In this document: piece by piece, positions 29,272-38,219 of the stretch
Numbering within the stretch: the first letter of the stretch is position 1
Layout of the letters: each line of letters starts with the position of its first letter
Assembly (NCBI GenBank): GCA_038144835.1
Contig: JAYQON010000002.1
Location: 21,171 to 85,170, forward strand
Direction: 5' to 3'
Source: Bdellovibrionales bacterium
GTDB taxonomy: Bacteria; Bdellovibrionota; Bdellovibrionia; Bdellovibrionales; UBA1609
Length of the DNA stretch: 64,000 nt
Notes under the pieces: model-generated
The model's input: only the letters and a program-made list of their open reading frames with translations
Database searches by the model: none
What the model was told of the DNA's origin: nothing
Position numbers and translations under genes: made by a program

Positions 29272-30708
29272 ATGTTTAAACGTATATTCAATGGCTGGAC
29301 CATCTTGGCGACCATGGCAACGTTGGTAGTCTTTTCTGTATTCGCGGAAGAGCGTTACCAAGAGCTTCAGCTTTTTGCTAAGGTACTCAATCTTGTTCAG
29401 CAATACTACGTTGAAGAAGTGGATACCAAGAAGCTGATTTACGGCGGTATCAAGGGCATGCTGCGAGAACTCGATCCGCATACGAACTTTCTCCCGCCAG
29501 ATATTTACAAAGAATTTGAGACCGAAACGAGCGGTGAGTTTGGAGGAATTGGAATCGAGATCACCGTTCAAAACAGCATTTTAACCGTCATTTCGCCGAT
29601 CGAAGATACGCCAGCATGGAAAGCAGGCATAAAGGCTGGGGATAAAATTGTGGAGATCGACGGTCATTCAACCAAAGGATTCAGCTTAGTTGAAGCGGCC
29701 CAAAAGATGAAGGGAAAGAAGGGTGATAAAATTAAGTTGGGAATTTTTCGCGAGGGCCTTGAAAGACCCAAAGAGTTCGTAATTGAGAGAGCAACTGTAA
29801 AGATTAAATCTGTTAAGTATCTCGATCTAGATGGTGGCTATGCTTATGTTCGCATCACAAGCTTTATCGAAAATTCCTTCTCTGATCTGAAGAAGATTAT
29901 TAAAGCCCATGAAAAAAAGCACAAGAGCACCCGCGGGATGATTATTGATGTGCGCCGAAATCCGGGAGGGCTTCTAGAGCAAGCGATTCAGATTAGTGAT
30001 TTATTTCTTGAGCAGGGCACAATTGTCAGCACCATGGGCCGCAATCAAAAAGAGAAAGAGATCGTTTATGCAAAGAAAGCTGAAACCGTCGATAACTTTC
30101 CTCTCATTGTTCTAGTTGACGAATATTCGGCAAGCGCTGCAGAAATTCTGGCTGGTGCTTTACAGGATAACAAGCGTGCTTTGATCATGGGGCATCGATC
30201 CTTTGGTAAAGGCTCTGTTCAGTCGGTTGTTAAACTTGGTGATGGCTCAGGTCTAAAACTCACTGTCGGCCGATATTATACGCCTAGTGGTCGAAGTATA
30301 CAGGCCTATGGAATAGTTCCAGATATTGAGTTGGAGGATTTTTCGCCAGATGTATTAGAACAGGCTCGGGTTAGACGTGATGTTCGCCGTGAGAGAGATA
30401 TGCGCGGTCACCTGACGGGTGATGATGAGGAAAGTGATGAGGCAGGCCCTGCCGCCGCAGCAGCTCCCAAGGATTCTTCTAAATCTTTAAATAAGACAGT
30501 TAAGGGAACAAGCAAAGAGGCACCGAAAAAGATTCAATATTGGTGGACGGAAACAGATTCAAAGTCGGATAAGGAACTGTCTCCCAAAGACAGGCTGCTC
30601 AAGGATGATTATCAAGTACAGCAAGCTTATAATTACCTGAAAGCTTGGGTAGCCATAGAAGACCAAAAAAGAATCGTAAAGTCGTCTGAGGCATCAATAG
30701 TTCAATAA
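29272..30708 (+). CDS. ctp: carboxy-terminal processing protease (S41) with PDZ domain
   Basis: GGIGIEI, PDZ (AGIKAGDKIVEIDG), catalytic region SASAAEILAGALQD and FGKGSVQ. Start moved to ATG 29272 (MFKRIFNGW), after the upstream stop. Confidence 0.9.
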   Translation: MFKRIFNGWTILATMATLVVFSVFAEERYQELQLFAKVLNLVQQYYVEEVDTKKLIYGGIKGMLRELDPHTNFLPPDIYKEFETETSGEFGGIGIEITVQNSILTVISPIEDTPAWKAGIKAGDKIVEIDGHSTKGFSLVEAAQKMKGKKGDKIKLGIFREGLERPKEFVIERATVKIKSVKYLDLDGGYAYVRITSFIENSFSDLKKIIKAHEKKHKSTRGMIIDVRRNPGGLLEQAIQISDLFLEQGTIVSTMGRNQKEKEIVYAKKAETVDNFPLIVLVDEYSASAAEILAGALQDNKRALIMGHRSFGKGSVQSVVKLGDGSGLKLTVGRYYTPSGRSIQAYGIVPDIELEDFSPDVLEQARVRRDVRRERDMRGHLTGDDEESDEAGPAAAAAPKDSSKSLNKTVKGTSKEAPKKIQYWWTETDSKSDKELSPKDRLLKDDYQVQQAYNYLKAWVAIEDQKRIVKSSEASIVQ

Positions 30709-30726
30709 CAACCGAGGAGATTGGAG

Positions 30727-30756
30727 CAAGCGCCGAAAATCAATTCTCGGCGCTTG
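30727..30756. terminator. bidirectional stem-loop between convergent ctp and the rlpA-like gene
   Basis: 10-bp perfect stem CAAGCGCCGA / TCGGCGCTTG with a 10-nt loop, located between the two stop codons (30708 and 30764). Confidence 0.5.
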
Positions 30757-30763
30757 AGTAAGG

Positions 30764-31675
30764 TTACCAGTTGCAGCTCAAATGGACTTTTCCTAAACCT
30801 TGTCCTGCGATCCCTATTTGATGAGCGGCGGCCTTCGATAAATCGATAATGCGACCCGCAATGAATGGGCCGCGATCATTGATTCGAACGACTACTGAGC
30901 GGCCATTGCGAGGATTAACCACTTTAACTCTGGTTCCCATCCGGAGAGTTCTGTGGGCGGCTGTCAAATCATTAGGGTTAAAACGTTCTCCAGAGGCAGT
31001 CATTTGCGGCTGCCAATAGTATGAAGCAATACCTGATTGATCGCAGGAAGATTGTGCGCGAGGAGGCTTCTGCCGATTTGATTTAGCCGATTTTTGTGTG
31101 GCCGGCTTTTTATCGGTGACTTTGTTGGGCGGTAAGGTTTTAGCAGATTTAACGGCCATTTTACTCTCTACAAAGCGGCAAAAAGAGCGTTTACCGGGGC
31201 CCCACTCGCTAACCACTAATAGACCGTCTTGATTAGATCTGAACCAAAACTTCCAAGCTTTTTCCGGTCTATTGGGGGCAGTGTTAACAAAAGAGTAGTT
31301 TTCAGTGATGAGTACCTTGCGGCTGTCTCGATAAGCATCTTGATACTTTGCCCGGGCCTTTTCCGGGTTAAGAGATGCGTAGGGGTTAGATCGGCTCGAA
31401 AAAGAAAAGCGGGCATTCATGAATACAGAGGAGTCCTTCTTGTCTAGCATTACAAAGCCGAAGCGAACGGCTTTAGGATCATATCCGGGATAAAGAAGGT
31501 GGCATTGGCCAGAATAAATTTTGCCAAAGTTCTGTTCGGGAACTCCAGAACTGCGATGAAATTCATCAGCGATTTGCAACATTTCTGGAGAGCAATTTAA
31601 CCCCACACAAGGATGGGAAGGTTGTTCAGCTTTAGCGTTCAATATAAAAAGTAAAGATATTAATACAGTCGTCAT
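30764..31675 (-). CDS. rlpA: RlpA-like lytic transglycosylase (DPBB domain) with unrecognised N-terminal domain
   Basis: C-terminal DPBB: GIASYYWQPQMTASGERFNPNDLTAAHRTLRMGTRVKVVNPRNGRSVVVRINDRGPF. Signal peptide present. The roughly 200-aa N-domain is unassigned. No SPOR domain. Confidence 0.75.
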   Translation of the reverse strand: MTTVLISLLFILNAKAEQPSHPCVGLNCSPEMLQIADEFHRSSGVPEQNFGKIYSGQCHLLYPGYDPKAVRFGFVMLDKKDSSVFMNARFSFSSRSNPYASLNPEKARAKYQDAYRDSRKVLITENYSFVNTAPNRPEKAWKFWFRSNQDGLLVVSEWGPGKRSFCRFVESKMAVKSAKTLPPNKVTDKKPATQKSAKSNRQKPPRAQSSCDQSGIASYYWQPQMTASGERFNPNDLTAAHRTLRMGTRVKVVNPRNGRSVVVRINDRGPFIAGRIIDLSKAAAHQIGIAGQGLGKVHLSCNW

Positions 31676-31771
31676 GGAACCAGACCCTTCCAGAGGCAGG
31701 CATGAAGGGTCAATGATTTTAGATAAAATAATAAGGTTTCTGTTAACTGATATTACTTCGCAAGAACCTGA

Positions 31772-33085
31772 TTAGGCAGGTCCTTGCGGGAGTTTATCTT
31801 TGCTCACTTCGGTGATCTGAGCTGACTCAACCAGCTTACTGACAACTTTTTCTTCGGTAATCTGAAACATTAAGCGTGAGCGGCGTTCTGGCTTAGAATA
31901 AAACTCTTCGATTTTGGACAGTTCTATACCTGTTTGTTGAGCATACTCATGGATTTTGCTTTCCACTTCAGATTTGGTGGCACGCAAGTTGAGTTTCTCA
32001 GCCAATGCATCTAGCAAGAATGTCGATTTGACCATGAATGTAGCTGATTCCGTAAAGTCAGCATCCCATTTTTTCTTGTACTCTTCGAAGTCCTTATCGG
32101 TGAGCCCTTGTTGCTGCAGCCGACCTTTGAAGTCCTCTATTAGAGATTCTTTTTGTTGATCAACGAGGGCTTGGGGAGCTTCAACGGGGTTAGCTTCAAC
32201 TAGGGCCTTTACCAGACGATTGCGTAAATCATCTTCAATACGTTTCTTGTCGCCTTCCTCGATGTCAGCAACAATTCGTGTTTTTAATTCTTCCAGAGTA
32301 TTGAACTGGCCGAGTTTCTTGGCAAGGTTATCATCAATTTCAGGTAAAACCTTCTTCTTTATACCCGTAAGCTTAACTTCGAAAGTCACCGGCGCCCCAC
32401 TCAAGGAAGCTTCATGGTATCCTTCGGGAAACCGCAAGTTGAGAGTTCGACTCTCGCCAATTTTCATGCCTACGACGCCCTCTTCAAAGCCTTCAATAAA
32501 CTGCTTTGAGCCCAACTCTAATTCGTGCCCCAGGGCGGAACCGTTGGGTAGGGCTTCACCCCCCACGAGACCGGTAAAATCAACGACGGCAACATCACCT
32601 TCACTGACCGCACGGTCTTCAAAAACTGTCACAGTGTCGGCGTGACTCTTTCTTATGTTCTCCAAAATAGCAGTCACACGGTCTTCGCTGATTTCAAGTT
32701 TTTCTTTCTGGACGGGTAAACCTTCGAATTTCTTAATCTGAACTTCGGGGCGGATTTCGAATTCAGCTGAAAAAGAAAAGTCTTTTTCTTCGAGTAGGGG
32801 TTCGAAAGACATTTTTGGGTAGCCTACCGGATCAAGATTGTGCTCTTCCAATGCATTTTGATAACCTTCATTGATAAGGTCGTTCAAAACATCGCTTTTG
32901 ACTTGGTCAGCGTAAATGGATTTAATGGTTTTTAGTGGCGCTTTGCCCGGTCGAAAGCCCTTTATGTTGGCCTTTTTTTGGATTGCCTTATAAACTTTGT
33001 CGAATGTTTCCTGGACTTTTTCTACGGGGATTTCCACGTTGAGTTTGCGAGCTAAGCCCTCACCGCGATCAACGGTCGATTTCAT
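31772..33085 (-). CDS. tig: trigger factor
   Basis: Ribosome-binding GFRPGKAP motif, central FKBP region (GDVAVVDF...FIEGFEEG), and a C-terminal helical arm. Start taken at MKSTVDRG. Confidence 0.9.
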   Translation of the reverse strand: MKSTVDRGEGLARKLNVEIPVEKVQETFDKVYKAIQKKANIKGFRPGKAPLKTIKSIYADQVKSDVLNDLINEGYQNALEEHNLDPVGYPKMSFEPLLEEKDFSFSAEFEIRPEVQIKKFEGLPVQKEKLEISEDRVTAILENIRKSHADTVTVFEDRAVSEGDVAVVDFTGLVGGEALPNGSALGHELELGSKQFIEGFEEGVVGMKIGESRTLNLRFPEGYHEASLSGAPVTFEVKLTGIKKKVLPEIDDNLAKKLGQFNTLEELKTRIVADIEEGDKKRIEDDLRNRLVKALVEANPVEAPQALVDQQKESLIEDFKGRLQQQGLTDKDFEEYKKKWDADFTESATFMVKSTFLLDALAEKLNLRATKSEVESKIHEYAQQTGIELSKIEEFYSKPERRSRLMFQITEEKVVSKLVESAQITEVSKDKLPQGPA

Positions 33086-33181
33086 GACACGTGCTCCTTT
33101 GAACAAACGAGACCTTTACCCTCTATGCCGCGGTTTGCCAACTGCCTATTCGAGCTTCTGGCGCGGCGCGCGAGGTTTAAC

Positions 33182-34033
33182 ATGATTCACTTCATAACCG
33201 GAAAAGGCGGCGTCGGCAAATCTACTGTAGCGGCCGCGTTAGCTTGGAGCCTGGCGGCGCGAGGGCGTAGGACATTATTGGTTGAGCTTGGAGAGCGGAG
33301 CTATTTTAGGCATGTCTTTCATGCGGACGTTAGCGCGCACCCAGTGGTGGTGAATTCTCATCTCACGGTGACCTGTTGGGAGGGTGAAGCTTGTTTAAGG
33401 GAATATCTGCGGCACCTCATTAAGATTGAAAAGGTTGTGAAACTTTTCTTCGATAATCGAGTAATGAGAGCTCTTGTCCAAGCGGCGCCCGCACTCAAGG
33501 AGTTAGCTTTACTGGGCAAGATTACCAGCGGACCACGAAAAATCGGGCCGGCTCTCCCTTATGATGAAATCGTGGTTGATGCCTATTCTACAGGACATTT
33601 TAGAGCTTTATGGCGCGCTCCAATGGGCTTAGCAGAAGCTATCCCTTTCGGCCCTATGGGGGAACAGTCGCGCTCGATTGTTCAAGTTATGAAAAACCCA
33701 GAGCAGACTTGTTATTACGTTGTCATGTTACCAGAAGAGTTACCCGTGAGCGAAGGACTTGAACTGGCACAGGACATTCAGAACGAGCTGGAACAGAGTC
33801 CGCGAATCGTAATGAACCGGTGGCTCGAGTCACCCCTGGATTTGCGCAAGTTGAGTGCTTTTCGAGGACAGGAGTTTGCCGACTATCTTATTCTTCTTTT
33901 GGAGAGGCAGGCGAACGCCGATCGGAAGGTTAAAGAAAAGGGGTTCTTGGTCCACAAGGTACTTCCGTGGCTCTTTAACGACAGTGTGCCCATTAAGATC
34001 CGTGAATTGGCTCTTAAGATGGAGGGAGTATGA
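33182..34033 (+). CDS. Get3/ArsA-like ATPase, partner 1 (P-loop intact, switch I absent)
   Basis: MIHFITGKGGVGKST deviant Walker A, and DAYSTGHFRAL (switch II/TGH-like). No DPAH motif. Start moved to ATG 33182. Confidence 0.75.
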   Translation: MIHFITGKGGVGKSTVAAALAWSLAARGRRTLLVELGERSYFRHVFHADVSAHPVVVNSHLTVTCWEGEACLREYLRHLIKIEKVVKLFFDNRVMRALVQAAPALKELALLGKITSGPRKIGPALPYDEIVVDAYSTGHFRALWRAPMGLAEAIPFGPMGEQSRSIVQVMKNPEQTCYYVVMLPEELPVSEGLELAQDIQNELEQSPRIVMNRWLESPLDLRKLSAFRGQEFADYLILLLERQANADRKVKEKGFLVHKVLPWLFNDSVPIKIRELALKMEGV

Positions 34034-35112
34034 GAGAATTGCTCCGCAGCCACAGAGTGCTTATTTGTGCGGGCACGGGCGGAGTTGGAAAAACTTCCCT
34101 TTCTGCGAGCCTTGGCGTTCTGGGAGCTCAATCAGGATTGAAGACTCTTGTCTTAACAATCGATCCGGCTCATCGCTTGGCACAAGCGCTGGGCATAGAG
34201 AAAAAACCAGGAGAAGACGTAAAGGTTGAAGCTGTACCAGGTCTAAGCGCTTCAATGATTGATCCACGCAGAGAGTTCGATGAATTTGTTCTGGGCGCCG
34301 TTGATAAGGGCATAGCAAAGGGATTATTCAATAATCGTCTTTATCAGCAATTAGCTACCAACTTGAGTGGCAGTCAAGAGTTCACTTCGCTTGTTCGTCT
34401 GATGACTGCGGTGCGGTCGCAGCATTACGATTTAGTCATTTTAGATACCCCGCCAACTCAGAATGCGGTGGATTTTTTGAAAGCGCCCGAGCGCATTTAT
34501 GCGCTTTTTCAAGACACTGTGATCGGGTGGTTTTCTAATCCTACCGTAGATGAGAGTTGGTTTAAGCGCACACTACACCGCGGAACGCGTCTAGTGACAG
34601 CAGCTCTCGAGGCGGCTACGGGAAGTACTTTTATTGCTGAGTTAAAAGATTTTTTTACTCATATTGCCTACCTCAAAACTCGGATTGCTGAAATCAGTAG
34701 GGACGTTGGCGAACTCCTGCACTCGGATAAGGCGGGCTTTATATTAGTTACCGGTTTTGACGAGACCAAACTAAAGGAAGCCTTAGAGTTTCAACAAGAT
34801 CTCGCTAACGAGCACTTGAACCTACGCGGGGTGATTGTGAACCGCTGGTTTCCCGAATGGGCCGAGGGCGTTGAGTCTTGGTCGGGCGACTGGGACAAAA
34901 ATCCTGATTTTGAGAAATTGAGAGAATTTTATGTGAGGTTCTCCGAATTTTTTCGTAGCCGTCAGCAAGGCTTTGAGCGGTTTGAAGAGCAGCTCAGTAA
35001 AATTTCGGTTCCGGTGGTCAAGCTGCCCGATTTCAAAAATAGCGTTCAGGGCCTGACTGATTTGCAGCATATGGCTCGAACTCTTGAGGAAAAATGGAGG
35101 TCTACTTTATGA
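34030..35112 (+). CDS. Get3/ArsA-like ATPase, partner 2 (signature Lys lost, DPAH intact)
   Basis: GTGGVGKTS, TIDPAHRLAQALG, VILDTPPTQNAVDFL. ATGA overlap with partner 1. Confidence 0.8.
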   Translation: MRELLRSHRVLICAGTGGVGKTSLSASLGVLGAQSGLKTLVLTIDPAHRLAQALGIEKKPGEDVKVEAVPGLSASMIDPRREFDEFVLGAVDKGIAKGLFNNRLYQQLATNLSGSQEFTSLVRLMTAVRSQHYDLVILDTPPTQNAVDFLKAPERIYALFQDTVIGWFSNPTVDESWFKRTLHRGTRLVTAALEAATGSTFIAELKDFFTHIAYLKTRIAEISRDVGELLHSDKAGFILVTGFDETKLKEALEFQQDLANEHLNLRGVIVNRWFPEWAEGVESWSGDWDKNPDFEKLREFYVRFSEFFRSRQQGFERFEEQLSKISVPVVKLPDFKNSVQGLTDLQHMARTLEEKWRSTL

Positions 35113-36161
35113 GGATGCTCTTAGCGTTGGCTTTATCGACGGGAGTATGCGCCAGTTGCTCCCACTTCTCCTCAAAAAAAAATGTGGTTCGCGAGTCAGA
35201 CGTAGTCAGCGCTCCGTTTGAGCAAGGAATGAAAGCGCTCGAGACCGATGATTATGCACAAGCAGCCCGTATTTTTGATGACATATTAGTTAGCAACCCT
35301 GGATCTGAGTTGGAGTTAGTCACAATTTACAATTCCGGCGCAGCCTATGAAGGCCTTGGAGATTGCCCTAAGGCTATTGATCGCTATCGACAGGCTGTAC
35401 GCGCCTCTGCAAAGAAATTTCAGCGCATAGAAGCGCAAGCCTTATTTCGTCTTAGCTTAATGTATGAATGTGTGGGGCAAGACAAAAAGGCTATAGCAGC
35501 GCTGTTGGATTCCCGTAGGCGCGGTGAACATCTTGGAGATGAAGTGGTTCAGGCTGAAATTCCGGCACGTCTGGCGGCGGCATATTCACGTTTAGGAAAT
35601 CGCGACAAAGCTCTAGAGTATTTCGCGCAGGCCGGAGTTGGTCTAAAGGCAATTGTTTCTCGGGGCACGGGTGCTAATCGGTTAAAAGTAGACATTCTGG
35701 CGCGAACCCTTTTCTTTATGGGAAAGTTGAGTCCGTCCCAGCGTCGCGCAGAGACTAGCCCCGATTCTTTTTTGCAGTCGATTTCCATGCAGCAGCCACA
35801 TCTTTTGCAGGCGGCGGAGTTAAATCACCCACTTTTTTCCGGCAAGGCCGCAGACGATTTAGAGCTTGCTTATGAAAATTTATGGAAGTTTAACATCAAT
35901 AATCTGAGTCAAAGACGCGAGTTTTATATGCGTGGATTACAAGTGGCTGAGGAACTGCGTAAATTGAAGATGCCTGAAAGTAATGCTTTAGTGGAAAGAA
36001 TTTTCGCGCATGTTGACCGGAGTCAGGCACGATTGCGAGCGGAGCTGGCTAGAATGGGTGAGACAACCCGGTTGACCCCCGAAGCCGAAAAGCGCGAGGG
36101 CCTCAAACGTGAAGGGCGTTTGGTCACGCCGGTTAAGCCCAAAAAGCAGAAAGTCAGGTGA
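35109..36161 (+). CDS. exported TPR-repeat protein (possible lipoprotein)
   Basis: MRMLLALALSTGVCASCS signal with Cys residues, then TPR-like repeats (YNSGAAYEGLGDCPKAIDRYRQA, AAAYSRLGNRDKALEYF). ATGA overlap with the upstream gene. Confidence 0.6.
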   Translation: MRMLLALALSTGVCASCSHFSSKKNVVRESDVVSAPFEQGMKALETDDYAQAARIFDDILVSNPGSELELVTIYNSGAAYEGLGDCPKAIDRYRQAVRASAKKFQRIEAQALFRLSLMYECVGQDKKAIAALLDSRRRGEHLGDEVVQAEIPARLAAAYSRLGNRDKALEYFAQAGVGLKAIVSRGTGANRLKVDILARTLFFMGKLSPSQRRAETSPDSFLQSISMQQPHLLQAAELNHPLFSGKAADDLELAYENLWKFNINNLSQRREFYMRGLQVAEELRKLKMPESNALVERIFAHVDRSQARLRAELARMGETTRLTPEAEKREGLKREGRLVTPVKPKKQKVR

Positions 36162-36880
36162 TGTCAGAATTTTTAGGGGGCCTTAGTTTTTGGTGGCGGG
36201 GGTGGGTGTTTTTGTTGAAAAGTCCCCGCTTTTTAACTTTGGCGATTTTGCCTCTTATCCTGTCGATGCTATTTATAGTGCCCTTTTTTTGGTTTATCTT
36301 TTCCCAATTGCCTCAATGGTCAACAGTATTGGTGTCGGTACTTTTGGGGTGGACCACTGAGTTTTGGCAGGATGTGGTTTATTATCCTTTGTTTCTGAGT
36401 GCGCTACTGGCGGTTATCATCGGTTCTTTTTTTCTTGTATATGTTTTGCATTCAATTTTGGCGATACCGTTTTACTCCCGACTGGCTGAGCAAACCGTCA
36501 CTCTGCGAGGAAAGAAATCCCAGGGTTTGTCATTTTGGCGCATGTTGCGAGCGGGTTTGATTAAGACCGCCGTTTTGCTGCCGGTGGGATTCATCTTTTT
36601 TCTAATTTCATTTGTTCCTGGTCTCAATTTGATCGCTTTATTCGGATCAATGCTAATTTTGGCATTTGATATTATTGACTATTCATTTGAGGCGGTGGGT
36701 TTCGGTTTTCGCGAACGCGTAGGTTATTTGCTGCGACATCGGGGGCAATGGTTGGGTATGGCGGCCGGCCTGGCGTTGACATTACCTGTGCCGGCTTTTA
36801 CTCTGCTCATAATTCCTGGCGCAGTCACGGGCGCGGCCCTCATACTCAAAATAGAACATGAGCTTAACCATGAATTTTGA
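36158..36880 (+). CDS. CysZ/EI24-family integral membrane protein
   Basis: 240 aa. The N-terminal pattern GLSFWWRGWVFLLKSPRFLTLAILPLILSMLF...FSQL...AIPFYSRLAEQ parallels the E. coli CysZ N-terminus. Four or more TM segments. Confidence 0.65.
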   Translation: MMSEFLGGLSFWWRGWVFLLKSPRFLTLAILPLILSMLFIVPFFWFIFSQLPQWSTVLVSVLLGWTTEFWQDVVYYPLFLSALLAVIIGSFFLVYVLHSILAIPFYSRLAEQTVTLRGKKSQGLSFWRMLRAGLIKTAVLLPVGFIFFLISFVPGLNLIALFGSMLILAFDIIDYSFEAVGFGFRERVGYLLRHRGQWLGMAAGLALTLPVPAFTLLIIPGAVTGAALILKIEHELNHEF

Positions 36881-38111
36881 ACGCTTACATAGGCGAATTA
36901 TTGAAAACAGCGATGGGGTTCTAGCTTGGTTCAAAAGCCGTAGCCGGGATCTGCATTTTCCATTTTATTCTAGCTTTGATTTGCGTGATGCTGGCTTCAA
37001 GTTGGGCCCCGTTGACGCCAATATCTTTCCTGCTGGATTTAATAATATTTGTTTGGTCGATCGAGAAGAAGCAGCAGAAGTTGCGAGAGTTTTTCTTGAT
37101 GAACATTACTCCATATCCACAAAAAAAATTTTACTGCTCACAGAGGAGCACACGCAAAATCCTTATTACTGGGATAATGTTGCAGTTTTACGCTCAATTT
37201 TGGAGAGAGCGGGGAGAGAAGTTTGCCTTGCTGTGCCCAGACCTATGACACAACCTTTGGAGGTGGTTAATGCCTCTGGACAAACCTTAAAAGTATTTCC
37301 GGCTACGCGCGAAGGTGGGAGTGTAAATATAGGTGGTTTTGTTCCAGATCTTATAATTTCTAACAACGACTTCAGTCAGGATTACGAGGAGTGGGCGCGG
37401 GACCTAGATACGCCTATGAATCCGCCGCGAGAGCTGGGATGGTATCGGCGCCGAAAAGATCGTTTCTTCAAAGTTTACAATCAGTTTGCCGCTGAGTTTT
37501 GTGAAATATTACGGCTAGACCCTTGGATATTGCAGGTTGAAACAGAAGTATTCGCCTCTTTCGAGGTAGACAGCGAGCAGAGCCGAGATCTTCTGGCACA
37601 AAAAGCACAAGCCGTTCACGATCGAATCAAAGCCAAATATCTAGCTCATGGAATTGAGCGCGAGCCCTTTCTTTTTGTAAAAAATAACGCGGGAACGTAT
37701 GGTTTGGGAGTCATACAAGTTAAAAATCCAGATGAGATCCGCGCTTGGAATTACAAATCTCGCAAAAAAATGAAAGCTGCTAAGGGTGGTCGTGAAGTGA
37801 CGGAAGTCATCATTCAAGAGGGTATCCCGACGACAACTCTGGGCGAAGGTGGCAAGACTGCGGAACCTGTGATCTATATGATCGGCTGCCAACTGGCAGG
37901 TGGATTTTTGCGTGCTCATGGTGAAAAAAGTGTAGAGGAGTCCCTTAATTCCCCGGGTGCAGTTTTTCAGCGACTGTGCATAGCTGATTTGAGCGTCAAA
38001 CTTGAGGGTTGTCCTATGGAAAATGCCTACGGTTGGGTGGCACGGTTGGCATTCCTGTCCGTGGCGCAAGAAGCACGCGAGCTGGGCGTTGAGTTTAAAA
38101 ATTATAAATAG
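36858..38111 (+). CDS. gshA: probable glutamate--cysteine ligase of the small GshA (Acidithiobacillus-type) family
   Basis: 417 aa. The N-terminal FPFYSSFDLRDAGFKLGPVDANIFPAGFNN block matches my memory of this family. Not verified by search. The start could instead be 36870. Confidence 0.55.
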   Translation: MSLTMNFERLHRRIIENSDGVLAWFKSRSRDLHFPFYSSFDLRDAGFKLGPVDANIFPAGFNNICLVDREEAAEVARVFLDEHYSISTKKILLLTEEHTQNPYYWDNVAVLRSILERAGREVCLAVPRPMTQPLEVVNASGQTLKVFPATREGGSVNIGGFVPDLIISNNDFSQDYEEWARDLDTPMNPPRELGWYRRRKDRFFKVYNQFAAEFCEILRLDPWILQVETEVFASFEVDSEQSRDLLAQKAQAVHDRIKAKYLAHGIEREPFLFVKNNAGTYGLGVIQVKNPDEIRAWNYKSRKKMKAAKGGREVTEVIIQEGIPTTTLGEGGKTAEPVIYMIGCQLAGGFLRAHGEKSVEESLNSPGAVFQRLCIADLSVKLEGCPMENAYGWVARLAFLSVAQEARELGVEFKNYK

Positions 38112-38219
38112 GCTTGTTTCTTTACTAAGATTTTGGCTGGCCCAAGTTTAGACGTTTCAAATTGAGACGCTAAGTGAAAGTTTTTAGCGTAAATCCATAA
38201 ACTCCGATCAAATAGCGAT

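Noticed and set aside
32220-32645. 141-aa plus-strand ORF antisense to trigger factor.
   Set aside because: This is a shadow ORF with Ser/Arg-rich composition typical of antisense frames. tig is unambiguous.
37641-38069. 142-aa minus-strand ORF antisense to the GshA-type gene.
   Set aside because: It is entirely contained within a longer ORF that is part of an overlap-coupled operon, and has no motif. The same reasoning applies to the shadow ORFs at 10075-10416, 39459-39806, 40097-40444, 41816-42136, 43452-43790, 44888-45268 and 46305-46610.
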